Assembly: GCA_964016885.1 (NCBI GenBank)
Contig: OZ024744.1
Coordinates: 91,326,001 to 91,390,000 of the forward strand
Direction: 5' to 3'
From: Eledone cirrhosa
Lineage: Eukaryota
Length of the DNA: 64,000 bases
Under the pieces are notes generated by a model. It searched no databases. It worked only from the letters and a program-made list of their open reading frames with translations, and was not told the origin of the DNA. Each line of letters begins with the position of its first letter. Positions within the stretch are counted from its first letter, which is position 1. A program made the position numbers and the translations under genes. This document shows positions 8,491 through 23,400 of the stretch, piece by piece.

Positions 8491-11400
8491 GCTGGGTACA
8501 TTTCATCATGAAACCAGTACTACTTTACATGATGTACTGGGTACATTTCATCATGAAACCAGTACTACTTTACATGATGTACTGGGTACATTTCATCATG
8601 AAACCAGTACTACTTTACATGATGTACTGGGTACATTTCATCATGAAACCAGTACTACTTTACATGATGTACTGGGTACATTTCATCATGAAACCAGTAC
8701 TACTTTACATGATGTACTGGGTACATTTTATCATGAAACCAGTACTACTTTACACGATGTACTGGGTACATTTCATCATGAAACCAGTAATACTTTACAT
8801 GATGTGCTGGGTACATTTCATCATGAAACCAGTACTACTTTACATGATGTACTGGGTACATTTCATCATGAAACCAGTACTACTTTACATGATATACTGG
8901 GTACATTTCATCATGAAACCAATACTACTTTACATGATGTACTGGGTACATTTCATCATGAAACCAGTACTACTTTACATGATGTACTGGGTACATTTCA
9001 TCATGAAACCAGTATTACTTTACATGATGTGCTGGGTACATTTCATCATGAAACCAGTACTACTTTACATGATGTACTCTGTACATTTCAGCATGAAACC
9101 AGTACTACTTTACATGATGTACTGGGTACATTTCATCATGAAACCAGTACTACGTTACATGATGTACTGGGTACATTTCATCATGAAACCAGTACTACTT
9201 TACATGATGTGCTGGGTACATTTCATCATGAAACCAGTACTACTTTACATGATGTGCTGGGTACATTTCATCATGAAACCAATACTCCTTTACATGATGT
9301 ACTGGGTACATTTCATCATGAAACCAGTACTACTTTACATGATGTACTGGGTACATTTCATCATGAAACCAGTACTACTTTACATGATGTACTGGGTACA
9401 TTTCATCATGAAATCAATACTCCTTTACATGATGTACTGGGTACATTTCATCATGAAACCAGTACTACTTTACATGATGTACTGGGTACATTTCATCATG
9501 AAACCAGTACTACTTTACATGATGTACTCTGTACATTTCAGCATGAAACCAGTACTACTTTACACGATGTACTGGGTACATTTCATCATGAAACCAGTAC
9601 TACTGTACATGATGTACTGGGTACATTTCATCATGAAACCAGTACTACTTTACATGATGTACTGGGTACATTTCATCATGAAACCAGTAATACTTTACAT
9701 GATGTGCTGGGTACATTTCATCATGAAACCAGTAATACTTTACATGATGTGCTGGGTACATTTCATCATGAAACCAGTACTACTTTACATGGTGTACTGG
9801 GTACATTTCATCATGAAACCAGTACTACTTTATATGATGTACTAGGTACATTTCATCATGAAAGCAGTACTACTTTACATGATGTACTGGGGACATTTCA
9901 TCATGAAACCAGTAATACTTTACATGATGTGCTGGGTACATTTCATCATGAAACCAGTACTACTTTACATGGTGTACTGGGTACATTTCATCATGAAACC
10001 AGTACTACTTTACATGGTGTACTGGGTACATTCTATCATGAAACCAGTACTACTTTACATGATGTACTGGGTACATTTCATCATGAAACCAGTACTACTT
10101 TACATGATATACTGGGTACATTTCATCATGAAACCAGTACTACTTTACATGATATACTGGGTACATTCTATCATGAAACCAGTACTACTTTACATGATGT
10201 ACTGGGTACATTTTATCATGAAACCAGTACTACTTTACATGATGTACTGGGTACATTTCATCATGAAACCAGTACTACTTTACATGATATACTGGGTACA
10301 TTCTATCATGAAACCAGTACTACTTTACATGATGTACTGGGTACATTTCATCATGAAACCAATACTCCTTTACATGATGTACTGGGTACATTTCATCATG
10401 AAACCAGTACTCTTTACATGATGTACTGGGTACATTTCATCATGAAACCAGTACTACTTTACATGATGTACTGGGTACATTTCATCATGAAACCAGTACT
10501 ACGTTACATGATGTACTGCGTACATTTCATCATGAAACCAGTACTACGTTACATGATGTCCTGGGTACATTTCATCATGAAACCAGTACTACTTTACATG
10601 ATGTACTGGGTACATTTCATCATGAAACCAGTACTACGTTACATGATGTACTGGGTACATTTCATCATGAAACCGGTACTACTTTACATGATGTACTGGG
10701 TACATTTCATCATGAAACCAGTACTATGTTACATGATGTACTGGGTACATTTCATCATGAAACCAGTACTACTTTACATGATGTACTGGGTACATTTCAT
10801 CATGAAACCAGTGCTACTTTACATGATGTACTGGGTACATTTCATCATGAAACCAGTACTACTTTACATGATGTCCTGGGTACATTTCATCATGAAACCA
10901 GTACTACTTTACATGATGTACTGGGTACATTTCATCATGAAACCAGTACTACTTTACATGATGTACTGGGTACATTTCATCATGGAACCAGTACTACTTT
11001 ACATGATGTACTGGGTACATTTCATCATGAAACCAGTACTACTTTACATGATGTACTGGGTACATTTCATCATGAAACCAGTACTACTTTACATGATGTA
11101 CTGGGTACATTTCATCATGAAACCAGTACTACTTTACATGATGTACTGGGTACATTTCATCATGAAACCAGTACTACTTTACATGATGTACTGGGTACAT
11201 TTCATCATGAAACCAGTACTACTTTACATGATGTACTGGGTTCATTTCATCATGAAACCAGTACTACGTTACATGATGTACTGGGTACATTTCATCATGG
11301 AACCAGTACTACTTTACATGATGTACTGGGTACATTTCATCATGGAACCAGTACTACTTTACATGATGTACTGGGTACATTTCATCATGAAACCAATACT

Positions 11401-14400
11401 ACTTTACATGATGTACTGGGTACATTTCATCATGAAACCAGTACTACTTTACATGATGTACTGGGTACATTTCATCATGAAACCAGTATTACTTTACATG
11501 ATGTGCTGGGTACATTTCATCATGAAACCAGTACTACTTTACATGATGTACTCTGTACATTTCAGCATGAAACCAGTACTACTTTACATGATGTACTGGG
11601 TACATTTCATCATGAAACCAGTACTACGTTACATGATGTACTGGGTACATTTCATCATGAAACCAGTACTACTTTACATGATGTGCTGGGTACATTTCAT
11701 CATGAAACCAGTACTACTTTACATGATGTGCTGGGTACATTTCATCATGAAACCAATACTCCTTTACATGATGTACTGGGTACATTTCATCATGAAACCA
11801 GTACTACTTTACATGATGTACTGGGTACATTTCATCATGAAACCAGTACTACTTTACATGATGTACTGGGTACATTTCATCATGAAATCAATACTCCTTT
11901 ACATGATGTACTGGGTACATTTCATCATGAAACCAGTACTACTTTACATGATGTACTGGGTACATTTCATCATGAAACCAGTACTACTTTACATGATGTA
12001 CTGGGTACATTTCATCATGAAATCAATACTCCTTTACATGATGTACTGGGTACATTTCATCATGAAACCAGTACTACTTTACATGATGTACTGGGGACAT
12101 TTCATCATGAAACCAGTAATACTTTACATGATGTGCTGGGTACATTTCATCATGAAACCAGTAATACTTTACATGATGTACTGGGTACATTTCATCATGA
12201 AACCAGTAATACTTTACATGATGTGCTGGGTACATTTCATCATGAAACCAGTACTACTTTACATGGTGTACTGGGTACATTTCATCATGAAACCAGTACT
12301 ACTTTACATGGTGTACTGGGTACATTCTATCATGAAACCAGTACTACTTTACATGATGTGCTGGGTACATTTCATCATGAAACCAGTACTACTTTACATG
12401 ATATACTGGGTACATTTCATCATGAAACCAGTACTACTTTACATGATATACTGGGTACATTCTATCATGAAACCAGTACTACTTTACATGATGTACTGGG
12501 TACATTTTATCATGAAACCAGTACTACTTTACATGATGTACTGGGTACATTTCATCATGAAACCAGTACTACTTTACATGATATACTGGGTACATTCTAT
12601 CATGAAACCAGTACTACTTTACATGATGTACTGGGTACATTTCATCATGAAACCAATACTCCTTTACATGATGTACTGGGTACATTTCATCATGAAACCA
12701 GTACTCCTTTACATGATGTACTGGGTACATTTCATCATGAAACCAGTACTACTTTACATGATGTACTGGGTACATTTCATCATGAAACCAGTACTACGTT
12801 ACATGATGTACTGCGTACATTTCATCATGAAACCAGTACTACGTTACATGATGTCCTGGGTACATTTCATCATGAAACCAGTACTACTTTACATGATGTA
12901 CTGGGTACATTTCATCATGAAACCAGTACTACGTTACATGATGTACTGGGTACATTTCATCATGAAACCGGTACTACTTTACATGATGTACTGGGTACAT
13001 TTCATCATGAAACCAGTACTATGTTACATGATGTACTGGGTACATTTCATCATGAAACCAGTACTACTTTACATGATGTACTGGGTACATTTCATCATGA
13101 AACCAGTGCTACTTTACATGATGTACTGGGTACATTTCATCATGAAACCAGTACTACTTTACATGATGTCCTGGGTACATTTCATCATGAAACCAGTACT
13201 ACTTTACATGATGTACTGGGTACATTTCATCATGAAACCAGTACTACTTTACATGATGTACTGGGTACATTTCATCATGGAACCAGTACTACTTTACATG
13301 ATGTACTGGGTACATTTCATCATGAAACCAGTACTACTTTACATGATGTACTGGGTACATTTCATCATGAAACCAGTACTACTTTACATGATGTACTGGG
13401 TACATTTCATCATGAAACCAGTACTACTTTACATGATGTACTGGGTACATTTCATCATGAAACCAGTACTACTTTACATGATGTACTGGGTACATTTCAT
13501 CATGAAACCAGTACTACTTTACATGATGTACTGGGTTCATTTCATCATGAAACCAGTACTACGTTACATGATGTACTGGGTACATTTCATCATGGAACCA
13601 GTACTACTTTACATGATGTACTGGGTACATTTCATCATGGAACCAGTACTACTTTACATGATGTACTGGGTACATTTCATCATGAAACCAATACTACTTT
13701 ACATGATGTACTGGGTACATTTCATCATGAAACCAGTACTACTTTACATGATGTACTGGGTACATTTCATCATGAAACCAGTATTACTTTACATGATGTG
13801 CTGGGTACATTTCATTTATGAAACCAGTACTACTTTACATGATGTACTCTGTACATTTCAGCATGAAACCAGTACTACTTTACATGATGTACTGGGTACA
13901 TTTCATCATGAAACCAGTACTACGTTACATGATGTACTGGGTACATTTCATCATGAAACCAGTACTACTTTACATGATGTGCTGGGTACATTTCATCATG
14001 AAACCAGTACTACTTTACATGATGTGCTGGGTACATTTCATCATGAAACCAATACTCCTTTACATGATGTACTGGGTACATTTCATCATGAAACCAGTAC
14101 TACTTTACATGATGTACTGGGTACATTTCATCATGAAACCAGTACTACTTTACATGATGTACTGGGTACATTTCATCATGAAATCAATACTCCTTTACAT
14201 GATGTACTGGGTACATTTCATCATGAAACCAGTACTACTTTACATGATGTACTGGGTACATTTCATCATGAAACCAGTACTACTTTACATGATGTACTGG
14301 GTACATTTCATCATGAAATCAATACTCCTTTACATGATGTACTGGGTACATTTCATCATGAAACCAGTACTACTTTACATGATGTACTGGGTACATTTCA

Positions 14401-17400
14401 TCATGAAACCAGTACTACTTTACATGATGTACTCTGTACATTTCAGCATGAAACCAGTACTACTTTACACGATGTACTGGGTACATTTCATCATGAAACC
14501 AGTACTACTGTACATGATGTACTGGGTACATTTCATCATGAAACCAGTACTACTTTACATGATGTACTGGGTACATTTCATCATGAAACCAGTACTACTT
14601 TACATGATGTACTGGGTACATTTCATCATGAAAGCAGTACTACCTTACATGATATACTGGGTACATTTCATCATGAAACCAGTACTACTTTACATGATGT
14701 ACTAGGTACATTTCATCATGAAACCAGTACTACTTTATATGATGTACTAGGTATATTTCATCATGAAACCAGTACTACTTTACATGATGTACTGGGGACA
14801 TTTCATCATGAAACCAGTAATACTTTACATGATGTGCTGGGTACATTTCATCATGAAACCAGTAATACTTTACATGATGTACTGGGTACATTTCATCATG
14901 AAACCAGTAATACTTTACATGATGTGCTGGGTACATTTCATCATGAAACCAGTACTACTTTACATGGTGTACTGGGTACATTTCATCATGAAACCAGTAC
15001 TACTTTACATGGTGTACTGGGTACATTCTATCATGAAACCAGTACTACTTTACATGATGTGCTGGGTACATTTCATCATGAAACCAGTACTACTTTACAT
15101 GATATACTGGGTACATTTCATCATGAAACCAGTACTACTTTACATGATATACTGGGTACATTCTATCATGAAACCAGTACTACTTTACATGATGTACTGG
15201 GTACATTTTATCATGAAACCAGTACTACTTTACATGATGTACTGGGTACATTTCATCATGAAACCAGTACTACTTTACATGATATACTGGGTACATTCTA
15301 TCATGAAACCAGTACTACTTTACATGATGTACTGGGTACATTTCATCATGAAACCAATACTCCTTTACATGATGTACTGGGTACATTTCATCATGAAACC
15401 AGTACTCCTTTACATGATGTACTGGGTACATTTCATCATGAAACCAGTACTACTTTACATGATGTACTGGGTACATTTCATCATGAAACCAGTACTACGT
15501 TACATGATGTACTGGGTACATTTCATCATGAAACCAGTACTACGTTACATGATGTCCTGGGTACATTTCATCATGAAACCAGTACTACTTTACATGATGT
15601 ACTGGGTACATTTCATCATGAAACCAGTACTACGTTACATGATGTACTGGGTACATTTCATCATGAAACCAGTACTACGTTACATGATGTCCTGGGTACA
15701 TTTCATCATGAAACCAGTACTATGTTACATGATGTAGAGGGTACATTTCATCATGAAACCAGTACTACGTTACATGATGTACTGGGTACATTTCATCATG
15801 AAACCAGTACTACTTTACATGATGTACTGGGTACATTTCATCATGAAACCAGTACTATGTTACATGATGTACTGGGTACATTTCATCATGAAACCAGTAC
15901 TACTTTACATGATGTACTGGGTACATTTCATCATGAAACCAGTACTACTTTACATGATGTACTGGGTACATTTCATCATGAAACCAGTACTACTTTACAT
16001 GATGTACTGGGTACATTTTATCATGAAACCAGTACTACTTTACACGATGTACTGGGTACATTTCATCATGAAACCAGTAATACTTTACATGATGTGCTGG
16101 GTACATTTCATCATGAAACCAGTACTACTTTACATGATGTACTGGGTACATTTCATCATGAAACCAGTACTACTTTACATGATATACTGGGTACATTTCA
16201 TCATGAAACCAATACTACTTTACATGATGTACTGGGTACATTTCATCATGAAACCAGTACTACTTTACATGATGTACTGGGTACATTTCATCATGAAACC
16301 AGTATTACTTTACATGATGTGCTGGGTACATTTCATCATGAAACCAGTACTACTTTACATGATGTACTGGGTACATTTCATCATGAAACCAATACTACTT
16401 TACATGATGTACTGGGTACATTTCATCATGAAACCAGTACTACTTTACATGACGTACTGGGTACATTTCATCATGAAACCAGTATTACTTTACATGATGT
16501 GCTGGGTACATTTCATCATGAAACCAGTAATACTTTACATGATGTACTGGGTACATTTCATCATGAAACCAGTAATACTTTACATGATGTGCTGGGTACA
16601 TTTCATCATGAAACCAGTACTACTTTACATGGTGTACTGGGTACATTTCATCATGAAACCAGTACTACTTTACATGGTGTACTGGGTACATTCTATCATG
16701 AAACCAGTACTACTTTACATGATGTACTGGGTACATTTCATCATGAAACCAGTACTACTTTACATGATATACTGGGTACATTTCATCATGAAACCAGTAC
16801 TACTTTACATGATATACTGGGTACATTCTATCATGAAACCAGTACTACTTTACATGATGTACTGGGTACATTTTATCATGAAACCAGTACTACTTTACAT
16901 GATGTACTGGGTACATTTCATCATGAAACCAGTACTACTTTACATGATATACTGGGTACATTCTATCATGAAACCAGTACTACTTTACATGATGTACTGG
17001 GTACATTTCATCATGAAACCAATACTCCTTTACATGATGTACTGGGTACATTTCATCATGAAACCAGTACTCCTTTACATGATGTACTGGGTACATTTCA
17101 TCATGAAACCAGTACTACTTTACATGATGTACTGGGTACATTTCATCATGAAACCAGTACTACTTTACATGATGTACTGGGTACATTTCATCATGAAACC
17201 AGTATTACTTTACATGATGTACTGGGTACATTTCATCATGAAACCAGTACTACTTTACATGATGTACTGGGTACATTTCATCATGAAACCAGTATTACTT
17301 TACATGATGTGCTGGGTACATTTCATCATGAAACCAGTACTACTTTACATGATGTACTGGGTACATTTCATCATGAAAGCAGTACTACCTTACATGATAT

Positions 17401-20400
17401 ACTGGGTACATTTCATCATGAAACCAGTACTACTTTACATGATATACTGGGTACATTTCATCATGAAACCAGTACTACTTTACATGATGTACTCTGTACA
17501 TTTCATCATGAAACCAGTACTACTTTATATGATGTACTAGGTACATTTCATCATGAAACCAGTACTACTTTATATGATGTACTAGGTATATTTCATCATG
17601 AAACCAGTACTACTTTACATGATGTACTGGGGACATTTCATCATGAAACCAGTAATACGTTACATGATGTGCTGGGTACATTTCATCATGAAACCAGTAA
17701 TACTTTACATGATGTACTGGGTACATTTCATCATGAAACCAGTAATACTTTACATGATGTGCTGGGTACATTTCATCATGAAACCAGTACTACTTTACAT
17801 GGTGTACTGGGTACATTTCATCATGAAACCAGTACTACTTTACATGGTGTACTGGGTACATTCTATCATGAAACCAGTACTACTTTACATGATGTACTGG
17901 GTACATTTCATCATGAAACCAGTACTACTTTACATGATATACTGGGTACATTTCATCATGAAACCAGTACTACTTTACATGATATACTGGGTACATTCTA
18001 TCATGAAACCAGTACTACTTTACATGATGTACTGGGTACATTTTATCATGAAACCAGTACTACTTTACATGATGTACTGGGTACATTTCATCATGAAACC
18101 AGTACTACTTTACATGATATACTGGGTACATTCTATCATGAAACCAGTACTACTTTACATGATGTACTGGGTACATTTCATCATGAAACCAATACTCCTT
18201 TACATGATGTACTGGGTACATTTCATCATGAAACCAGTACTCCTTTACATGATGTACTGGGTACATTTCATCATGAAACCAGTACTACTTTACATGATGT
18301 ACTGGGTACATTTCATCATGAAACCAGTACTACGTTACATGATGTACTGGGTACATTTCATCATGAAACCAGTACTACGTTACATGATGTCCTGGGTACA
18401 TTTCATCATGAAACCAGTACTACTTTACATGATGTACTGGGTACATTTCATCATGAAACCAGTACTACGTTACATGATGTCCTGGGTACATTTCATCATG
18501 AAACCAGTACTATGTTACATGATGTACTGGGTACATTTCATCATGAAACCAGTACTACGTTACATGATGTACTGGGTACATTTCATCATGAAACCAGTAC
18601 TACTTTACATGATGTACTGGGTACATTTCATCATGAAACCAGTACTATGTTACATGATGTACTGGGTACATTTCATCATGAAACCAGTACTACTTTACAT
18701 GATGTACTGAGTACATTTCATCATGAAACCAGTACTACTTTACATGATGTACTGGGTACATTTCATCATGAAACCAGTACTACTTTACATGATGTACTGG
18801 GTACATTTTATCATGAAACCAGTACTACTTTACACGATGTACTGGGTACATTTCATCATGAAACCAGTAATACTTTACATGATGTGCTGGGTACATTTCA
18901 TCATGAAACCAGTACTACTTTACATGATGTACTGGGTACATTTCATCATGAAACCAGTACTACTTTACATGATATACTGGGTACATTTCATCATGAAAGC
19001 AATACTACTTTACATGATGTACTGGGTACATTTCATCATGAAACCAGTACTACTTTACATGATGTACTGGGTACATTTCATCATGAAACCAGTATTACTT
19101 TACATGATGTGCTGGGTACATTTCATCATGAAACCAGTACTACTTTACATGATGTACTGGGTACATTTCATCATGAAACCAATACTACTTTACATGATGT
19201 ACTGGGTACATTTCATCATGAAACCAGTACTACTTTACATGATGTACTGGGTACATTTCATCATGAAACCAGTATTACTTTACATGATGTGCTGGGTACA
19301 TTTCATCATGAAACCAGTACTACTTTACATGATGTACTCTGTACATTTCAGCATGAAACCAGTACTACTTTACATGATGTACTGGGTACATTTCATCATG
19401 AAACCAGTACTACGTTACATGATGTACTGGGTACATTTCATCATGAAACCAGTACTACTTTACATGATGTGCTGGGTACATTTCATCATGAAACCAGTAC
19501 TACTTTACATGATGTGCTGGGTACATTTCATCATGAAACCAATACTCCTTTACATGATGTACTGGGTACATTTCATCATGAAACCAGTACTACTTTACAT
19601 GATGTACTGGGTACATTTCATCATGAAACCAGTACTACTTTACATGATGTACTGGGTACATTTCATCATGAAACCAGTACTACTTTACATGATGTACTGG
19701 GTACATTTCATCATGAAATCAATACTCCTTTACATGATGTACTGGGTACATTTCATCATGAAACCAGTACTACTTTACATGATGTACTGGGTACATTTCA
19801 TCATGAAACCAGTACTACTTTACATGATGTACTCTGTACATTTCAGCATGAAACCAGTACTACTTTACACGATGTACTGGGTACATTTCATCATGAAACC
19901 AGTACTACTGTACATGATGTACTGGGTACATTTCATCATGAAACCAGTACTACTTTACATGATGTACTGGGTACATTTCATCATGAAACCATTAATACTT
20001 TACATGATGTACTGGGTACATTTCATCATGAAACCAGTGCTACTTTACATGATGTACTGGGTAGATTTCATCATGAAACCAGTACTACTTTACATGATGT
20101 ACTGGGTACATTTCATCATGAAAGCAGTACTACCTTACATGATATACTGGGTACATTTCATCATGAAACCAGTACTACTTTACATGATATACTGGGTACA
20201 TTTCATCATGAAACCAGTACTACTTTACATGATGTACTCTGTACATTTCATCATGAAACCAGTACTACTTTATATGATGTACTAGGTACATTTCATCATG
20301 AAACCAGTACTACTTTATATGATGTACTAGGTATATTTCATCATGAAACCAGTACTACTTTACATGATGTACTGGGGACATTTCATCATGAAACCAGTAA

Positions 20401-23400
20401 TACTTTACATGATGTACTGGGTACATTTCATCATGAAACCAGTACTACTTTACATGATGTACTGGGTACATTTCATCATGAAACCAGTACTACTTTACAT
20501 GATGTACTGGGTACATTTCATCATGAAACCAGTACTACTTTACATGATGTACTGGGTACATTTCATCATGAAACCAGTACTACTTTACATGATGTACTGG
20601 GTTCATTTCATCATGAAACCAGTACTACGTTACATGATGTACTGGGTACATTTCATCATGGAACCAGTACTACTTTACATGATGTACTGGGTACATTTCA
20701 TTATGGAACCAGTACTACTTTACATGATGTACTGGGTACATTTCATCATGAAACCAATACTACTTTACATGATGTACTGGGTACATTTCATCATGAAACC
20801 AGTACTACTTTACATGATGTACTGGGTACATTTCATCATGAAACCAGTATTACTTTACATGATGTGCTGGGTACATTTCATCATGAAACCAGTACTACTT
20901 TACATGATGTACTCTGTACATTTCAGCATGAAACCAGTACTACTTTACATGATGTACTGGGTACATTTCATCATGAAACCAGTACTACGTTACATGATGT
21001 ACTGGGTACATTTCATCATGAAACCAGTACTACTTTACATGATGTGCTGGGTACATTTCATCATGAAACCAGTACTACTTTACATGATGTGCTGGGTACA
21101 TTTCATCATGAAACCAATACTCCTTTACATGATGTACTGGGTACATTTCATCATGAAACCAGTACTACTTTACATGATGTACTGGGTACATTTCATCATG
21201 AAACCAGTACTACTTTACATGATGTACTGGGTACATTTCATCATGAAATCAATACTCCTTTACATGATGTACTGGGTACATTTCATCATGAAACCAGTAC
21301 TACTTTACATGATGTACTGGGTACATTTCATCATGAAACCAGTACTACTTTACATGATGTACTGGGTACATTTCATCATGAAATCAATACTCCTTTACAT
21401 GATGTACTGGGTACATTTCATCATGAAACCAGTACTACTTTACATGATGTACTGGGTACATTTCATCATGAAACCAGTACTACTTTACATGATGTACTCT
21501 GTACATTTCAGCATGAAACCAGTACTACTTTACACGATGTACTGGGTACATTTCATCATGAAACCAGTACTACTGTACATGATGTACTGGGTACATTTCA
21601 TCATGAAACCAGTACTACTTTACATGATGTACTGGGTACATTTCATCATGAAACCAGTACTACTTTACATGATGTACTGGGTACATTTCATCATGAAAGC
21701 AGTACTACCTTACATGATATACTGGGTACATTTCATCATGAAACCAGTACTACTTTACATGATGTACTAGGTACATTTCATCATGAAACCAGTACTACTT
21801 TATATGATGTACTAGGTATATTTCATCATGAAACCAGTACTACTTTACATGATGTACTGGGGACATTTCATCATGAAACCAGTAATACTTTACATGATGT
21901 GCTGGGTACATTTCATCATGAAACCAGTAATACTTTACATGATGTACTGGGTACATTTCATCATGAAACCAGTAATACTTTACATGATGTGCTGGGTACA
22001 TTTCATCATGAAACCAGTACTACTTTACATGGTGTACTGGGTACATTTCATCATGAAACCAGTACTACTTTACATGGTGTACTGGGTACATTCTATCATG
22101 AAACCAGTACTACTTTACATGATGTGCTGGGTACATTTCATCATGAAACCAGTACTACTTTACATGATATACTGGGTACATTTCATCATGAAACCAGTAC
22201 TACTTTACATGATATACTGGGTACATTCTATCATGAAACCAGTACTACTTTACATGATGTACTGGGTACATTTTATCATGAAACCAGTACTACTTTACAT
22301 GATGTACTGGGTACATTTCATCATGAAACCAGTACTACTTTACATGATATACTGGGTACATTCTATCATGAAACCAGTACTACTTTACATGATGTACTGG
22401 GTACATTTCATCATGAAACCAATACTCCTTTACATGATGTACTGGGTACATTTCATCATGAAACCAGTACTCCTTTACATGATGTACTGGGTACATTTCA
22501 TCATGAAACCAGTACTACTTTACATGATGTACTGGGTACATTTCATCATGAAACCAGTACTACGTTACATGATGTACTGGGTACATTTCATCATGAAACC
22601 AGTACTACGTTACATGATGTCCTGGGTACATTTCATCATGAAACCAGTACTACTTTACATGATGTACTGGGTACATTTCATCATGAAACCAGTACTACGT
22701 TACATGATGTACTGGGTACATTTCATCATGAAACCAGTACTACGTTACATGATGTCCTGGGTACATTTCATCATGAAACCAGTACTATGTTACATGATGT
22801 ACTGGGTACATTTCATCATGAAACCAGTACTACGTTACATGATGTACTGGGTACATTTCATCATGAAACCAGTACTACTTTACATGATGTACTGGGTACA
22901 TTTCATCATGAAACCAGTACTATGTTACATGATGTACTGGGTACATTTCATCATGAAACCAGTACTACTTTACATGATGTACTGGGTACATTTCATCATG
23001 AAACCAGTACTACTTTACATGATGTACTGGGTACATTTCATCATGAAACCAGTACTACTTTACATGATGTACTGGGTACATTTTATCATGAAACCAGTAC
23101 TACTTTACACGATGTACTGGGTACATTTCATCATGAAACCAGTAATACTTTACATTATGTGCTGGGTACATTTCATCATGAAACCAGTACTACTTTACAT
23201 GATGTACTGGGTACATTTCATCATGAAACCAGTACTACTTTACATGATATACTGGGTACATTTCATCATGAAACCAATACTACTTTACATGATGTACTGG
23301 GTACATTTCATCATGAAACCAGTACTACTTTACATGATGTACTGGGTACATTTCATCATGAAACCAGTATTACTTTACATGATGTGCTGGGTACATTTCA

